Origin: Narcine bancroftii
Taxonomy: Eukaryota
Length of the DNA: 64,000 nt
Assembly (NCBI RefSeq): GCF_036971445.1
Contig: NC_091471.1
Span: 266,848,001-266,912,000 of the forward strand
Direction: 5' to 3'
How positions within the stretch are numbered: position 1 is the stretch's first letter; each line of letters begins with the position of its first letter. The position numbers and the translations under genes are program-made. The notes under the pieces are model-generated. The model saw only the letters and a program-made list of their open reading frames with translations. It did no database searches and was not told the origin of the DNA. Below, piece by piece: positions 51,442-63,810 of the stretch.

Positions 51442-52104
51442 GTGATTTCTGAATATATTTGTTCTGATTACTGATGAACATCAAACAATTTACACTTCCT
51501 TTGGTGATGTTATTTATCATGAAACAGCGAGGTGAAGGGGCATCTCCACTTTGTTACAAAACAAACAAACTAGAAAGACTTTGCATTGTCTCTGTTTTCT
51601 GCTGAATGAAGGTAGCAGAATGTAGGTTAGATGAAATTTGTTTTTTTTCCTCTTCAAAGATAAGGAGTTGCACAATATCGAGTTCCTGGATCCAAATGAA
51701 ATAGTAAGAAATGGTGTGATAAATCGAGATTTCATCAGAATGAAACCCTTGGGAAAAATGTGGTGTTTGTAGTTTGGAAGAGTTGAAAGATCAGGGAATT
51801 AGCAACTTGGAGAATTGTATCAATAAATCAGAGGAAGACAAAGAACAGAGTTGGGTGATCAAGGTCCAATAACGAGAGAACTAGAATAGGGAAAAAAGGA
51901 TAATCACAAATAAGATTTGATACCCGTTGTTCAAAATTCTAACCAATATAAATTCAATTTTAATCCTTTCTACAAATTCTGTTCGTCCATTGGGAAAATA
52001 TTAGGCAACATTTGCTTCACAGTTATACTTAGTTTCCACTGGCAATGTTACCTGTATTCAGAGATGGTAGTCAGTGCAAATCTGGTTGTTGTTTGTTTTT
52101 ACAG

Positions 52105-52306
52105 GGAAGGGAAGTATGGACATGCTGCATGTTTTGGTCTTCAACCGGGTTGTTTGTTACCAGATAATACAAGGCAAATAACAGTGGCTGCAATGGTGGC
52201 AAACTTCACCAAGCCAACTCCTGATGCTCCATCATTGCTTCAGCATGATGAGGTTGAAACTTATTTCCATGAGTTTGGACATGTGATGCATCAAATCTGT
52301 TCCCAG
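52105..52306 (+). CDS. THOP1: THOP1 exon 9 with the zinc-binding HEFGH motif (M3 peptidase)
   Basis: ttacag|G GAA...CAG|gtaaga, 202 nt. HEFGH codons at 52268-52282. Confidence 0.97.
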
Positions 52307-53183
52307 GTAAGATCTCATAATCTCAGCATTGCCATTATTGCTGCAATTCATAGCAGTATCAGAGACATTTTCTCTCCAGTTCCTCTTTACCATCAAGGTA
52401 TCTTGCCATGTTTCATGTGCGGATCTGGGTTATGTTTGTTTCCAATTTATTTAATATTTGGATCAAGCTTCCTGAATCTACTTGTATCCCATTACCAGAC
52501 ACATGTTTGATTTTATTTCTTTTTCTTTGTAATTTTTGATTATTTATCATAGCAAGTTCCTCCCCACTCCATATGTTTCGTTGATGGTGTTCATTACCTC
52601 CCATAGTCTATCTGCAGAGAAAACTGAGACTCAAAACACCCGGAAGAAGGTGTCCTTTTAAACCATTTTGTAATCGATTCATAATGTTGCCACTGCCAGT
52701 ATTGTGCCTTAAAAGGGATTTCCTGTTTTTTTTTTCTGTAAAATATTACTTTTGAATTCTCAAAATTTTCAGAACTGGTATGCACCAGTACTCCAGCATC
52801 TCAGCTGTCTGAACCCATTGCATAGAAAATCCCTTCATACAGGAGGTGAGCAATTTGGCTTGATGTGGTGTAAGCTAATTTCATCCAGGTTTACAGTGAA
52901 AGTTTTCCAACTGGCCTCTGCTTGTTAGCTGGAGGGGGTGAGGTCATCCAGTGGCTTCTGAATGTCACATGACCTTGATCTCTACCAGTGGTGAAATACC
53001 CCACTAACTTGTTGTGGACTCACTTAAGAAGTTTGACCACCTAGTCTCCAATAAGTGTAAAACTGTTATTAATTAGTGCATTTGTAGAGCAAAAATAATG
53101 TGGGAGCATGGAGAGGTATCTCTTGTTGTAATTAACAGTCTTAATCCTAAATTTCATCATGTTGTGACCTTGCTGTTTGACAG

Positions 53184-53370
53184 GCTGAATTTGCCATGTT
53201 TAGTGGGACGCATGTTGAACGTGATTTTGTGGAGGCTCCCTCTCAGATGCTGGAGAACTGGGTTTGGGAGAAAGAACCTTTACTGCGGATGTCCAGGCAC
53301 TATAAAGACGGGAGCATGATTCCACATGATCTTTTGGAGAAGCTCCTTAAATCTAGGCTGGCTAACACTG
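53184..53370 (+). CDS. THOP1: THOP1 exon 10 ([28 protein letters not shown]...LANT)
   Basis: tgacag|GCT...ACT G|gtaggt, 187 nt. Contains the third zinc ligand in DFVEAPSQ. Confidence 0.97.
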
Positions 53371-55253
53371 GTAGGTATTAATTCTACGTTTCACACCCGT
53401 GTCATCATTGTAACTTAACAAATGAGCACAAGTCAAGAGCTCACTTGGCGTTTGCTCTTTCACTTTATGGCAGTAGTGCTGGAGAAACTCAGCAGGTCAC
53501 ACAGCGTTCTTTACGGCAAAGATACAGAACCAGCTTTCAGGCCTGAACAAAAAGCAAGCAGGTGCCTGAATAAAATGGTGGGTGGGGGTCAGGGGAGGAG
53601 CACAGGCCCACAGGCAATGTCATGGGTGGGAGAACAGAAGAGGGAAAAAGCTGGGAGGTGATGGGGAGGATAGCTCTCTGAAGGGACAGAGAAGGAGGTA
53701 GGGAGCTGGATGAAAGGAGACAGAGGGATGGGGAAAGCGATAGATGGGAGGGGCCTCACATAAACCAGAGAAGTTGATGTTGATGCCATCTGCTTGGAGA
53801 GTACCCAGAAGAAATATTAAGTGTTGGTCCTTGCACGAGGCCATGGACAGACACGTTGGTTTTGGAGTGGGGCGTGGAATTGAAATGATTGGACACTGGG
53901 AGGACCCGCTATTGCAGAGGACTGAGTGAAGATGCTCAACGAAACGATCTCCAAGTCTGCGTCCAGTCTCTCTGATGTAGAGAAGGCCACAATGGATGCA
54001 GTAGCGATCCTTGTAGATTCATGTGAAATGTTGCTTCCCTTGGAAGGACTGTTTGGAGCTCCGAATGGTGGTGAGGGAGGAGGTGTGGGCGCATGTGTAG
54101 CATTTCCTGTGGTCACAAGGGTAGTACCAAGGAAATGAGTGGTCAGTGAGGGAACAGTTCCTATGGTAGCCAGAGAGGGGAAGATGTGGCTGGTGGTGGG
54201 ATCTCATTGGTGGTGGAAATTGCGGAGGATAATGTGTTGGATGCTGAGACTGGTAGGGTGGTAGGTGCAGACAAGGAATCCTGCCCTTGTCGCATCCAAG
54301 GGCGGAGGGGCTAGGGACAATGTGTGGGAAATGGAGGAGATGCGGGTAAGGGCTGAGTTGATGTTGGTAGGCACATTTTTGAAAGAGGACCTCTCTGATC
54401 TGGAATGGAAAATGTCATCCTGGGAGCAGATGCAACTGAGTCAGAGGAACTGACAGGATTAATTCTTTTGCAATTACGATGCTGCAGTATCTGCAGGTAC
54501 ACTCCTTAAGGCTTAAGCTGACTGCATTGGTGCTCAGGAATTAAATTTTGTTATCACTAATAACAAAACCACATTTTTGCAGGAAGTACACATTTACTGA
54601 ATGTCAAATAAAGCCACGGAGTGTGGTGTAAGGGAAATTTTCAAAAAGACATAAAAGATTAAATTTTAAACATTTTTTTAACTGTCAGAAAGAGTATTTG
54701 TTAGTCTGGGAAGCAGGTTAGCAAAGGTCTGCCGTAAATGCACCTAGCTGGGAGATTTGAAGCCTGCAGTTACAGATAATGGTACAGACAGCTGTACTCA
54801 ATATTATGCTCTCTTTGGAAAAACTGATCCCTACTGAATAGATATGCTTGATCATTCTGCGACCTTGACATTAAGTCCAACCTTAGTACCCATCCTAGTA
54901 GAATTAATGTTTTAATTATAGTTTAGGATTTAATTGTTGGCACCTGAGCATCTTAATTATTTTTCTGGAAAAAGGTCATTTCTCTGCACCCAATCCAAGA
55001 GTTACAGTGGAAATTTAGCATTTCCAGGAAGGCATTAGCAAATATGTTATCATTATTAATCTTCCAATGTTAATGGTGCGTATCCTGGGAAGATGTGGCT
55101 GGCTAACACCGGTAGGTATTAATTCTATGTTTCACACCCGTGTCATCATTTTAACTTAACAAATGAGCACAAGTCAAGAGCTCACTTGGCGTTTGCTCTT
55201 TCACTTTATGATAGTAGTGCTGGAGAAACTCAGCAGGTCACACAGCGTTCTTT
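53356..55253 (+). repeat. 157-bp dispersed direct duplication (53356-53512 and 55097-55253) of the exon-10 end, donor and intron start
   Basis: About five substitutions between the copies. ORFs at 53422 and 55163 begin with the same peptide. Confidence 0.95.
53475..54455 (-). mobile_element. Penelope-like fragment
   Basis: QHLIFLLGTLQADGININFSG (ORF 53620-53844) and tacatcagagagactggacgcagac (YI-ETGR) on the minus strand. Confidence 0.8.
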
Positions 55254-55265
55254 CTTTGTACATAG

Positions 55266-55400
55266 GTCTCTTTAACCTAAGACAGATAATTTTGGCAAAG
55301 GTTGATCAGTCTTTGCACATGAGCTCAAATGCCGATATTGATGCCAAGGAAGAGTACGCCAGACTATGTAAGGAAATACTGGGAGTTCCAGCATCACCAG
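55266..55400 (+). CDS. THOP1: THOP1 exon 11 ([18 protein letters not shown]...[10 protein letters not shown])
   Basis: acatag|GT...CCA G|gtagtt, 135 nt. Confidence 0.95.
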
Positions 55401-55747
55401 GTAGTTGAAAAGAAAATTCCTTTCTCTGCCATTGATACAAATAATGAATCTGTGTTTTTTAGGCTAGAAAATCCATCCATAAATTTGTCCATTCCTACTG
55501 CTGGATTGTCTAGGATACACTACCTGGGCATTGTCAGTATCATATCAGGGATCTTGCTGGTTGAAATTATTTAAACACTGGATGCCACATTCTTACTGTA
55601 ATATGTAACGCTGCACATGGTTAATAGCTTTTGTGCAAATAAGCTAACCTACAAACTTGACTGGTTTACACCTATTAAAAATGTAATGAATAAAAATTAA
55701 TAAATAGAATAACATTCTGTATCTGACTTGGAGAAATATTTTTTCAG

Positions 55748-55884
55748 GAACCAATATGCCAGCTACATTTGGACACCTGGCGGGTGGATATGATGCCCAG
55801 TATTATGGTTATCTCTGGAGTGAGGTCTATTCAATGGATATGTTCTACACCCGATTTCGACAAGAAGGCATCATGAACTCAAAG
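55748..55884 (+). CDS. THOP1: THOP1 exon 12 ([45 protein letters not shown])
   Basis: tttcag|GA...AAG|gtactg, 137 nt. Confidence 0.97.
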
Positions 55885-57089
55885 GTACTGCTTATTCAGA
55901 GTTCTGCTTTGGGGAGAGAAACTTGTATCTCAAGTGTAAAATAGTTTAAGGCAATCTGGTTACAATATAATTTATTAGGTGGTCAGAATTTTCCTCCCTA
56001 TAACCTTGATAGCATAGTTTCAGTGTTGTTAGAGAGTATACATCCCAGGAGAAAAGAAAGCTGTTTTGGTCCATTATGTCTGCCAAAGATGCTCTGTAGT
56101 TAGTAAGGGATTACTTGAGATGGTATATGAGAGGAGGGGTGAGGGGGAAGGTAGATGGAGAACCATTGCCTTAAACCTTCTGTATTTGAGAAAATAACCC
56201 CTAATCTTCTTTCTCTCTGGAAATTTCTACTTGAAACTTCACTGACTCATCTGCCAGGAATATTTCTTTGCTCACATTTTCAAAACAACTTAATATCACA
56301 GCTTTCTCTTTTGCATTTGTTTAACCTCCCAATAAAAATTGCGAATCTTTTGAATATTTTCTGATTTTAATATTTAAAAACTTGCCATTTTTGTTTTGTT
56401 GGGTTGTTTTCTAAATCATTATCAGCTTGCTGCTGTGTTGAGCACAAATATCTATAACCATGCAGATCACCATTGCGCACACTTACATGAGGATTATATT
56501 TGGTCACAAGTTGAACACATTTGAACCCACTAAGGTGAGGGGCCCTTCCCAGAAGCTGCCTCATACCTTGGCATCCTGTGAGATGGAACTTAAAGATGTC
56601 AAACCGAATGTGAAGATTTTATCTTTTAGATTTGTAAGGGCTTCATTATGAGGAAACTAGTTTTCCAACTTGCATATTCCTAACTGTGCAGAAGTGAGCT
56701 AGTTACAGCAAAAGGTCTGAGTTGCAAACCATTCTCCTTGCCTGTAACCTTGCAAAATCCTATCAACATTTCTTTATATATAAAAAAAATCCTCATGCTC
56801 TTGCCCAGCTTTCCTCTAAATCTATTTGCCTCCGCCACTAATCATGTTCAGAGTGGACTAAGTGTAGCTCATTGTCAGTAGCACAATGTGGGACCTGGTT
56901 AGGGTCCTATTGTGCAACTAACATTTTCTTGATACAATTAAAATGATAGCCAAGTTCTATTTTTTGTTTTCATTCTCATCATAAACTTTCTGAATGGACA
57001 AGCATTTAATAAAGCAGCATTTATTGGAATGACATACTGTTCAGTGACAGAAGAACCTCCTAACCTCATTTTGTGCTTATCTCCTGTAG

Positions 57090-57254
57090 GTTGGAGTAGA
57101 TTATCGAAACTCTATTCTTAAACCAGGTGGCTCAGTGGATGCTGAAGACATGCTAAAATGCTTTTTGGGCCGGGAGCCAAAACAAGAAGCCTTTCTTCTG
57201 AGCAAAGGGCTGAGGGTAGATCAGGATAAACAGTCTGCCCCTTCAGCCTGTTGA
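57090..57254 (+). CDS. THOP1: THOP1 terminal coding exon ([15 protein letters not shown]...[21 protein letters not shown])
   Basis: ctgtag|GTT, with TGA at 57252-57254. Confidence 0.95.
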   Translation, partial: VGVDYRNSILKPGGSVDAEDMLKCFLGREPKQEAFLLSKGLRVDQDKQSAPSAC

Positions 57255-57981
57255 GATTATTTGTTTCATTGTACCAGCGTAATAGTCCAACGTGACAACA
57301 GTAATTCCTCCTTGTATTGCTGATGAACTGCTCCCTAGATGGATTTTTTTTTCCAGATGTTAGTGTGCATCTGTATCAGGTAAACGGATCAACCTGTTCT
57401 CACAAAACCCTTGCATTAAACCCAACGAAACAAGATGTGTGATAACAAGTGAAATGATTTCAATTGTAATGGTTTCAGAATTGATGAGAAAAGGAGAATT
57501 TTAAAAAAAGCCCTTTTTGCATAAATAAATGCTTCCCTGCAATAGATGGACTGTGGCAATCTCCCTTTGTATCCTGTGAAAGAGTGAAGTTACTGCTCTT
57601 CATCAGCTCATTGTGTGAGGGTATCGAACAAGAATAAAATTAGGCGTGATTATATTGAGCTCCAGAGCAGTAGTTTTCTTTCCAGAAAGTTAATGTCCAC
57701 CGTGATTGACAAGGGTGCTTTGATGGATGCCACAAAGACCAAAAAGATCCCAGTTTTGGGTTCATTTAGCTGAGATTGACTGAAGTGACTCCATTTGTTT
57801 TGCACATTTGGCAAGGAAAAGTTGAGCTATGGGGGCACTTGCTCTCTCAAGCTGTTGAGCAACTTTTTTTTGAGGAATTGCTCTGAATAATGGGAGAAGA
57901 TCCTCTGCCATTTGTGGAATTGTATCTGAGTATATGAAAATTAGAACAAGAAAAAAATGAACAAAATTTGGGTTAGTGGTA

Positions 57982-58482
57982 CAGGTCGAGTACCCATTAT
58001 CTGAAATGCATGGGACCAGAAGTGTTTCAGATTTTGGAATTTTTTTGGAATTTGGAATTGTGTTTTGGGTAACGAAGCATCAGCAGGAGCGGCAGACTTT
58101 CAATCTCCACCTACAATGTTGTATTTTAGTTTTTCAGTGTAATAAATGTTGCTGGTCATCTTACACTCAAACATGGCATTTTAAGTGGAGATGAATTTCA
58201 GATTTCACATGAAAATAATGTTTTGTACTTTCAAAAAAAATTAAATGCAGCACCAAATTCTAGAAATTTTGCTAGATGGCTTTTAAAAATATTTCCTCCG
58301 GAGTCATCACAGTGAGTAATGCTCGTAGGACATGGTGGTTGGTAACCAACTGGTGCCAGCAGAGCATCAGAGCTCCACATGAGCAAGCGAGGTCACGTGT
58401 GGAATTTTCCACTTGTGGCGTTATGTCGGCACTCAAAAAGTTTCAGAATATGGAGCTTTTTGGATAAGGGGTACTTGACCTG
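57982..58482. mobile_element. Tigger4/Zombi-like MITE
   Basis: TA|caggtcgagtacccattatctgaaatgcatgggaccagaagtgtttc ... gtcggcactcaaaaagtttc...ggataaggggtacttgacctg. TIRs are about 21 bp. Confidence 0.8.
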
Positions 58483-59937
58483 CACTTTATATTTTTTCAC
58501 TTTGCTCTCTATGCATCTGGTGCTGGGATTATTAAGTATCATCTGTGCTTTGCAACAAGGTTATTGCTGCTCTGGAATGTGAAGGGTTTCCCTAGTTTGG
58601 GAATAACATTCAAAGCTCCTAATGAACAGTATCTTGATATGAAGAAGTCCCTTGTTTCCCATCCAGTCATTGCCTTCTTCCTGTGCTCACTTGGGAAATA
58701 AAACCAATGAATGCTGAACAGGGATAACTCCCTGAAAGCCTCCTGTTTCCTCTTGCTACTGATTACTGTTTCAGGTTCTGCTTCATGGTCTACAGGTTTC
58801 CATGCTGTTTTTATTTTCCAGCACTGGCCACTGTCTTCGGTAGGTTGCTGCACCCACCATGTTGACTATTCCTCCGAATAGTCTGGTTCCTTTTCTACCA
58901 GAGCAATGTTACATCATGGAAGGAAATGTGTGTCTGCCTTGTCATATTGGATGTTGCTTGGGTATATTCCTCTGGGATTACATTTTCCTGCTAGTCATTG
59001 AGATGGATCAATGTTAAATCCAGGCTTCAATGAGAACTTCACTGTACTGCAGATTAAGTTGGGGAGTTCCAGTATAGTGAGGCATGAATAATAATTTAGC
59101 AGAATTAAGTACCAGTGTTATGCAGCATAAGGAACTGTAATTGCTGTGAAAACTTTTTTTAAAAACCCGATTAAAAGCTAGAAATACAGCAGGAAAGCAT
59201 TTTATTGACACTTGGCTGTTATCGAATGGACATTTTTCCATTTGTTGAGGATAATGCAATGAATTTGTGATGAAACAAAATTCTACAAAATAGTGCAAAC
59301 TTGCCCCTTGTTTCAAAAGTATATAATGGCACAGTATGAATTTATTTTCAATTTTTTTGTTGTTGCAAACTTTATGGGTACTGCAAGGTGGAAGGATATA
59401 AATCTGGTGCTATATTTTCAGCAGGATACATGGTCAAAAGATCATTTTATTGCCTGTCAAAACTGCTTTTAAGTGGTTTCAACTAATTTTGCTCAAATCC
59501 TCATTAGGGCTCATGGTTGTCACTCTCACCCCTTACCCATTCTTAAACTGGAAATCATTATATTATCCTTTAACCATAGCAGTTAATTATAAAGAAAGGC
59601 ATTTCCTAAATATGGAAACTGTCTACAAAGTAAAGGGAGTGGCGGTCATAAGTGGTCTAAATAACTCGCCATGTCTCAAAAGATTACTTCTTTCATTTCA
59701 AAACCAGTAAATGTTGCAACTTGGTAATTAGCTAAGTTTTCTCGCAAAGGATGCCAGTGTGTTGAATCATGACCTCTTGCAGTGTGTTTCAGTTGCCGTT
59801 GGATGACTACCATTTGTGCCCCACAACTTAATATAGTTTAATACATTAATAAGATAGCACACCATGAATACCCAGGTGCCTAATTGCGTACTATGGAAAG
59901 CATATGTTACATAATGAGGTGAAGAATTGTACCATTC

Positions 59938-59943
59938 AATAAA
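59938..59943 (+). terminator. Candidate distal THOP1 polyadenylation signal
   Basis: AATAAA followed by a GT/T-rich tract. Other AATAAA hexamers at 57524, 57633 and 60101. Confidence 0.35.
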
Positions 59944-60439
59944 TGAAATTGCAGTCCTCTTTTGTTTCCCTGGAGTTTGGTGTGCATTTTGTAGAGCACA
60001 TTTTTAAGTCAAAGGTTATCTGCTGAGATTTTGCTGCTGTGTGTAGAATAATGTAATGACCTGCTCCCAAAAATGGTTCATGTATTTTGGGATTTCATTT
60101 AATAAAATTGGATAAGCTTATTTTGAGAATTTCTGTAATGTGAATGTCACTTCTAAAGCCAAATTTTATTTTCTGTTCCATATATATCCCTGAGACTATG
60201 ACATTGAGCCTGCTTTTTTGAACTGCGGTGGTTAGTTCATTGAACATGCTCTAACTCTACAGTGACGTATAGCTGTGTACTGCAGTTCTGAAATGTGGTT
60301 CTAATTTACATTGACCATCATCAACAAGCATTTTTGATAGGCTGGTTATGGCTCGTATCAATTCTAGCCTATCAGACAACCTAGACCTACTTCCATTTGC
60401 CTATTGGCCACACAGATCAGTAATAGGCTTTATTTAAAC

Positions 60440-60640
60440 AAAATTATTTAGACATACAGCACACGAACAAGTTTGTGGTGCCCAATTTTACCCCCAATTC
60501 ACCTTCACTCCCAATGTGTTTTTTGAATGGTGTGGAAAGGAGAAAACCTACACAGATGCAGGAAGAACATACAGGACTTGGACCCTGGACCGGTCCCAGT
60601 CGCTGGTGCTGTAAAGGCATTGTGCTATGCCAACCACGCT
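60440..60640 (-). mobile_element. V-SINE/HE1-like SINE
   Basis: tttagacatacagcac is the reverse complement of the family tail; cgctggtgctgtaaaggcattgtgcta is the head. Confidence 0.6.
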
Positions 60641-61300
60641 GCTATTGCCTTCTCCATTGCTCTCCATTTGACTCTGGAACACCTGCACGCCAAGGGCTTG
60701 TATGTTTGACTACTGTTCAGAGACTACAGCTCTGCTTTCAAAACCATAGTCTCCAACAAACTCATTCCTAAGCTTCGGGATCTTGGCCTCCCCTCTGCAA
60801 CTGGATCCTGGATTTCCTGTCAGTAAAAATGGGTAACATTGCCACGATCACACTCAATACCAGAATGCATAAGGACGTGTACCCAGTCCCCTGCTATACC
60901 CGAAAAGTAGTTAGCTTTAAGTTCTTTGGAATAACTATCTTCAATGTTAAAGGGCAGAGAAGACACCAATGCCATGTCACCCCATGTCCCTCAACAAATT
61001 CTACAGCTGCATCATTGAAGATGTACTTATTGGATGCATCACAGCATAGTCTGGGAGCTGCCTTGCTCAAGTTCGCAGGAAACTACAGAAAGTAGTGAAT
61101 ACAGCTCAGAACGTAACAAAAGCTTCCTTCCATGGGCTTTAACTGCATCTGCTGCTTAGAAAAGACAAGACAACATGCTGAAAGACCCATCACACCCCTG
61201 ACACACTTTATTTTCCCTTCTCCCATTGGGGAAAAGGCCTAGTGAAAACACACTCTAAAGACAGATTTTTCCCTGCACCTATCAGGCTCTTGAATGAAGC
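60640..61300 (+). mobile_element. Degraded Rex1-like LINE fragment
   Basis: gactacagctctgctttcaaaacc (DYSSAF) and ctctgcaactggatcctggatttcct (LCNWILDFL). Confidence 0.6.
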
Positions 61301-62559
61301 CCATAACAGTGCTCTCATGCAGCCCTGACAGTGCTAATTAGTCTTCCTTTTCATTGTAATCCTATATTCTGTAAATTATCCTCTGTTCACAGAACCCTTC
61401 TCACTGTACTTGACATTTTGTGGTCAATTTGTTCATGGAACTGAATTTCACAAACACTTGGATACATCAATTTTTAATATGAATGTCTAACATCTGCACT
61501 GCTTTTTAATGTTAAATATAAATATTTTGTATTTTCATTATTTTTTGAACCCTCTTGAGTGATAGCATCCTTCAAACACCTTATGGGATGAACCACATGA
61601 ATGTAAGGCAGTACCATCAGATTATTCAACCACAGATACCCTCACAATCAGGCTTGCTTTCTTTCTTCTCTGAGATGCAAACTTTGCAGTGGATTCAATG
61701 AACAGCACCCAAGGGAAGGAAATTCTGAAAGCCAATAGAAACATAATGGCACAATTCAATCCCATTTCTGTTTCTCGCCTTTAAGTTCTCCACTGAAAGT
61801 CTAAAGATGTATTTTACAGGCTGATTTTAGGTGAAATTTCCCCCTGTGCAAAATTGACACAACATTTGCACAATTTGATCTCTTGCTGTGATGGAAACAA
61901 TTGGTGTAATTGGCTGGCACGGGCTCTTGGGCCAAAAAGGTCTGTTATTGTGCTCTATGCCTAAATTTATAATTTAAAACCCTACTTCATTGGTGTAAAA
62001 GAGAGTGAACTTAAATTTTGGTGTGGGCTTTACGGGATTGAAACGCATACTTACTACTGTGAGAAGCAGAGGTGCCTTCACAGATTTCACTCGAGACAAA
62101 ATTTGAGAACAAAGAACTTATACTATTACAACAATGCAAAGTTGGGTGCTTCCCCTTACCCTGGGAACACACACAGATACTGAGGCTGACCCAACTTTTA
62201 TACATTTCATTTCAGTACAGAGATACCTTCCCCCTAACATTCTTCTGCCTCCTGGATTGGTTCAGCATTAGGTAATTCTGCCCACGTGGATACTAACTTC
62301 TTATCACTTTATGTGCCTTCCTGCAAACTTTTTAGCCAGGAAATATCATGTCTTTGTTCTTTACTCATTAATCAATCCCCAAGACTTGCTAAAGCTATCT
62401 ACTTGCTATCCTGTTTTGAAGATCCTTATTTTATTATACTTTTATAACCCTTCCTCCCATTCCACCATCCCTTCACCCTGATTTAACTTAATAATACTTC
62501 ATTTCTAATGAGCACTTGCTTGACTCCACATTCCAGTATCCCTTACACTACTAACGCTC

Positions 62560-63810
62560 AGGTGAAGGGGCGCCTCCGGATCAACCTCGCTGGCGCTTTG
62601 AGTCATCTGGGGAGGTTTTAAACAGCGCTCTCGGCTTTCACGATCAGTTTAAATGCCTGGTTTGACACACACAAAGTCGCCGGCTGATTGGGCGAAAAGC
62701 GCGGGGACCCCCCTCGGATCTCTGGTCTGATTGGTCCAAGAGATTTCCCAGCAGCCAAATATACGCGGGAGAGACAACGGAGGATCAGAGCTTTTCCTCC
62801 TTAGAACTTTCCTTTTTTGAAAAAAACACACACCGGGGAAATATCAATGTATATCATCATGTCTGAGGCTGCAGGTTGCGACTCACCCAAGCGGATGCTT
62901 GTCTCTGTAATCAAATCCACGTGCAATGCAGAGGAGGTAAATCTGGGTCACTTGTCAATGTATGTGTCATGCCAATGGGCGGAAAACTCCAGCAGCATGA
63001 GTATGAGTCTGAGCCCGACTCCCAGCCTCGGATCGGCCGGGTCCGTCTCGCCTGGGAAGAGTCCTGACCTCCCCGCCTACAAGGTAAGGGAAAGTCGACT
63101 TTCTACTGACAGTTCCTCTCTCGATTGAATGAATCTTCAGCAGACAAGCGGCATCCCAACAGGATTTTGCTACCTTGTATGGTGGGTGGGTGGGTGGGGG
63201 TGGTGAGATAGTCGTGTCCTGGGATGAGGGCATTTAACTAAGGGTTTGCATACAGAGTCAACCGAATTGATCCGTTGCATCTGTGCTTTAAATTGTTATA
63301 CGTGTCATGTGAGCTGAAAGTGCTTCGTGCACTTACTTCCTTTGCAGATGTGCATATGGTTCGGGGGCCCAAGTAAGTTTGCTGGAAATCTTTTTAGTTT
63401 CGTTTCCTCCGCTCGGAGAGCAATTTACTTAAAAGTACTTGCAATGGGTTTCCCAAAAAAAAATGAGCAGTTTCCAGATTTCAACGTTTGCAAATTTGCA
63501 AAAGTGCCTTATTTTCCGATCGTGGTCGCAATTATTTCAATAGTATTTTTTAATTCAGTTACTGAATATTTTGGGGCGCCGCTTTGCTCGTACCCTGGAC
63601 GACTTTTAAGTTGCAAACATCCGCAGAGAACCCGCCAAAAATGTTGCAGGCGCCAACATTCCATCGCCATGGAGACGCGGAGCTCCGCCCCTGACGAATG
63701 CGCGCCTGATTGGCTGTTTTGGGGGCGCCGATTTAAAGTGACTGTCAAGTTGCGGGAAGTTCTGGGACGTTCCGCTGAAACGAAGTTGCGGCCCCGCGTA
63801 TTTGATTAGT
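62560..63810 (+). promoter_or_regulatory. CpG island with cell-cycle-type promoter motifs
   Basis: Reverse CCAAT at 62687, 62730 and 63709; GC box at 63685. E2F-like cccgccaaaa (63631) and gcgggaa (63752). gggcg-N4-tttaaa (CDE-CHR geometry) at 63723-63737. Confidence 0.65.
62859..63083 (+). CDS. Candidate first coding exon of an unidentified gene (MSEAAGCDSPKRMLVS...SVSPGKSPDLPAYK)
   Basis: Open frame of 75 codons downstream of two CCAAT boxes, ending at the strong donor AAG|gtaagg. An in-frame upstream ATG is at 62847. No homology recognised. Confidence 0.35.

Noticed and set aside
63327-63809. 160-aa plus-strand ORF in the CpG island
   Set aside because: Non-ATG start, runs through promoter motifs and shows no recognisable homology. 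Likely a chance open frame.
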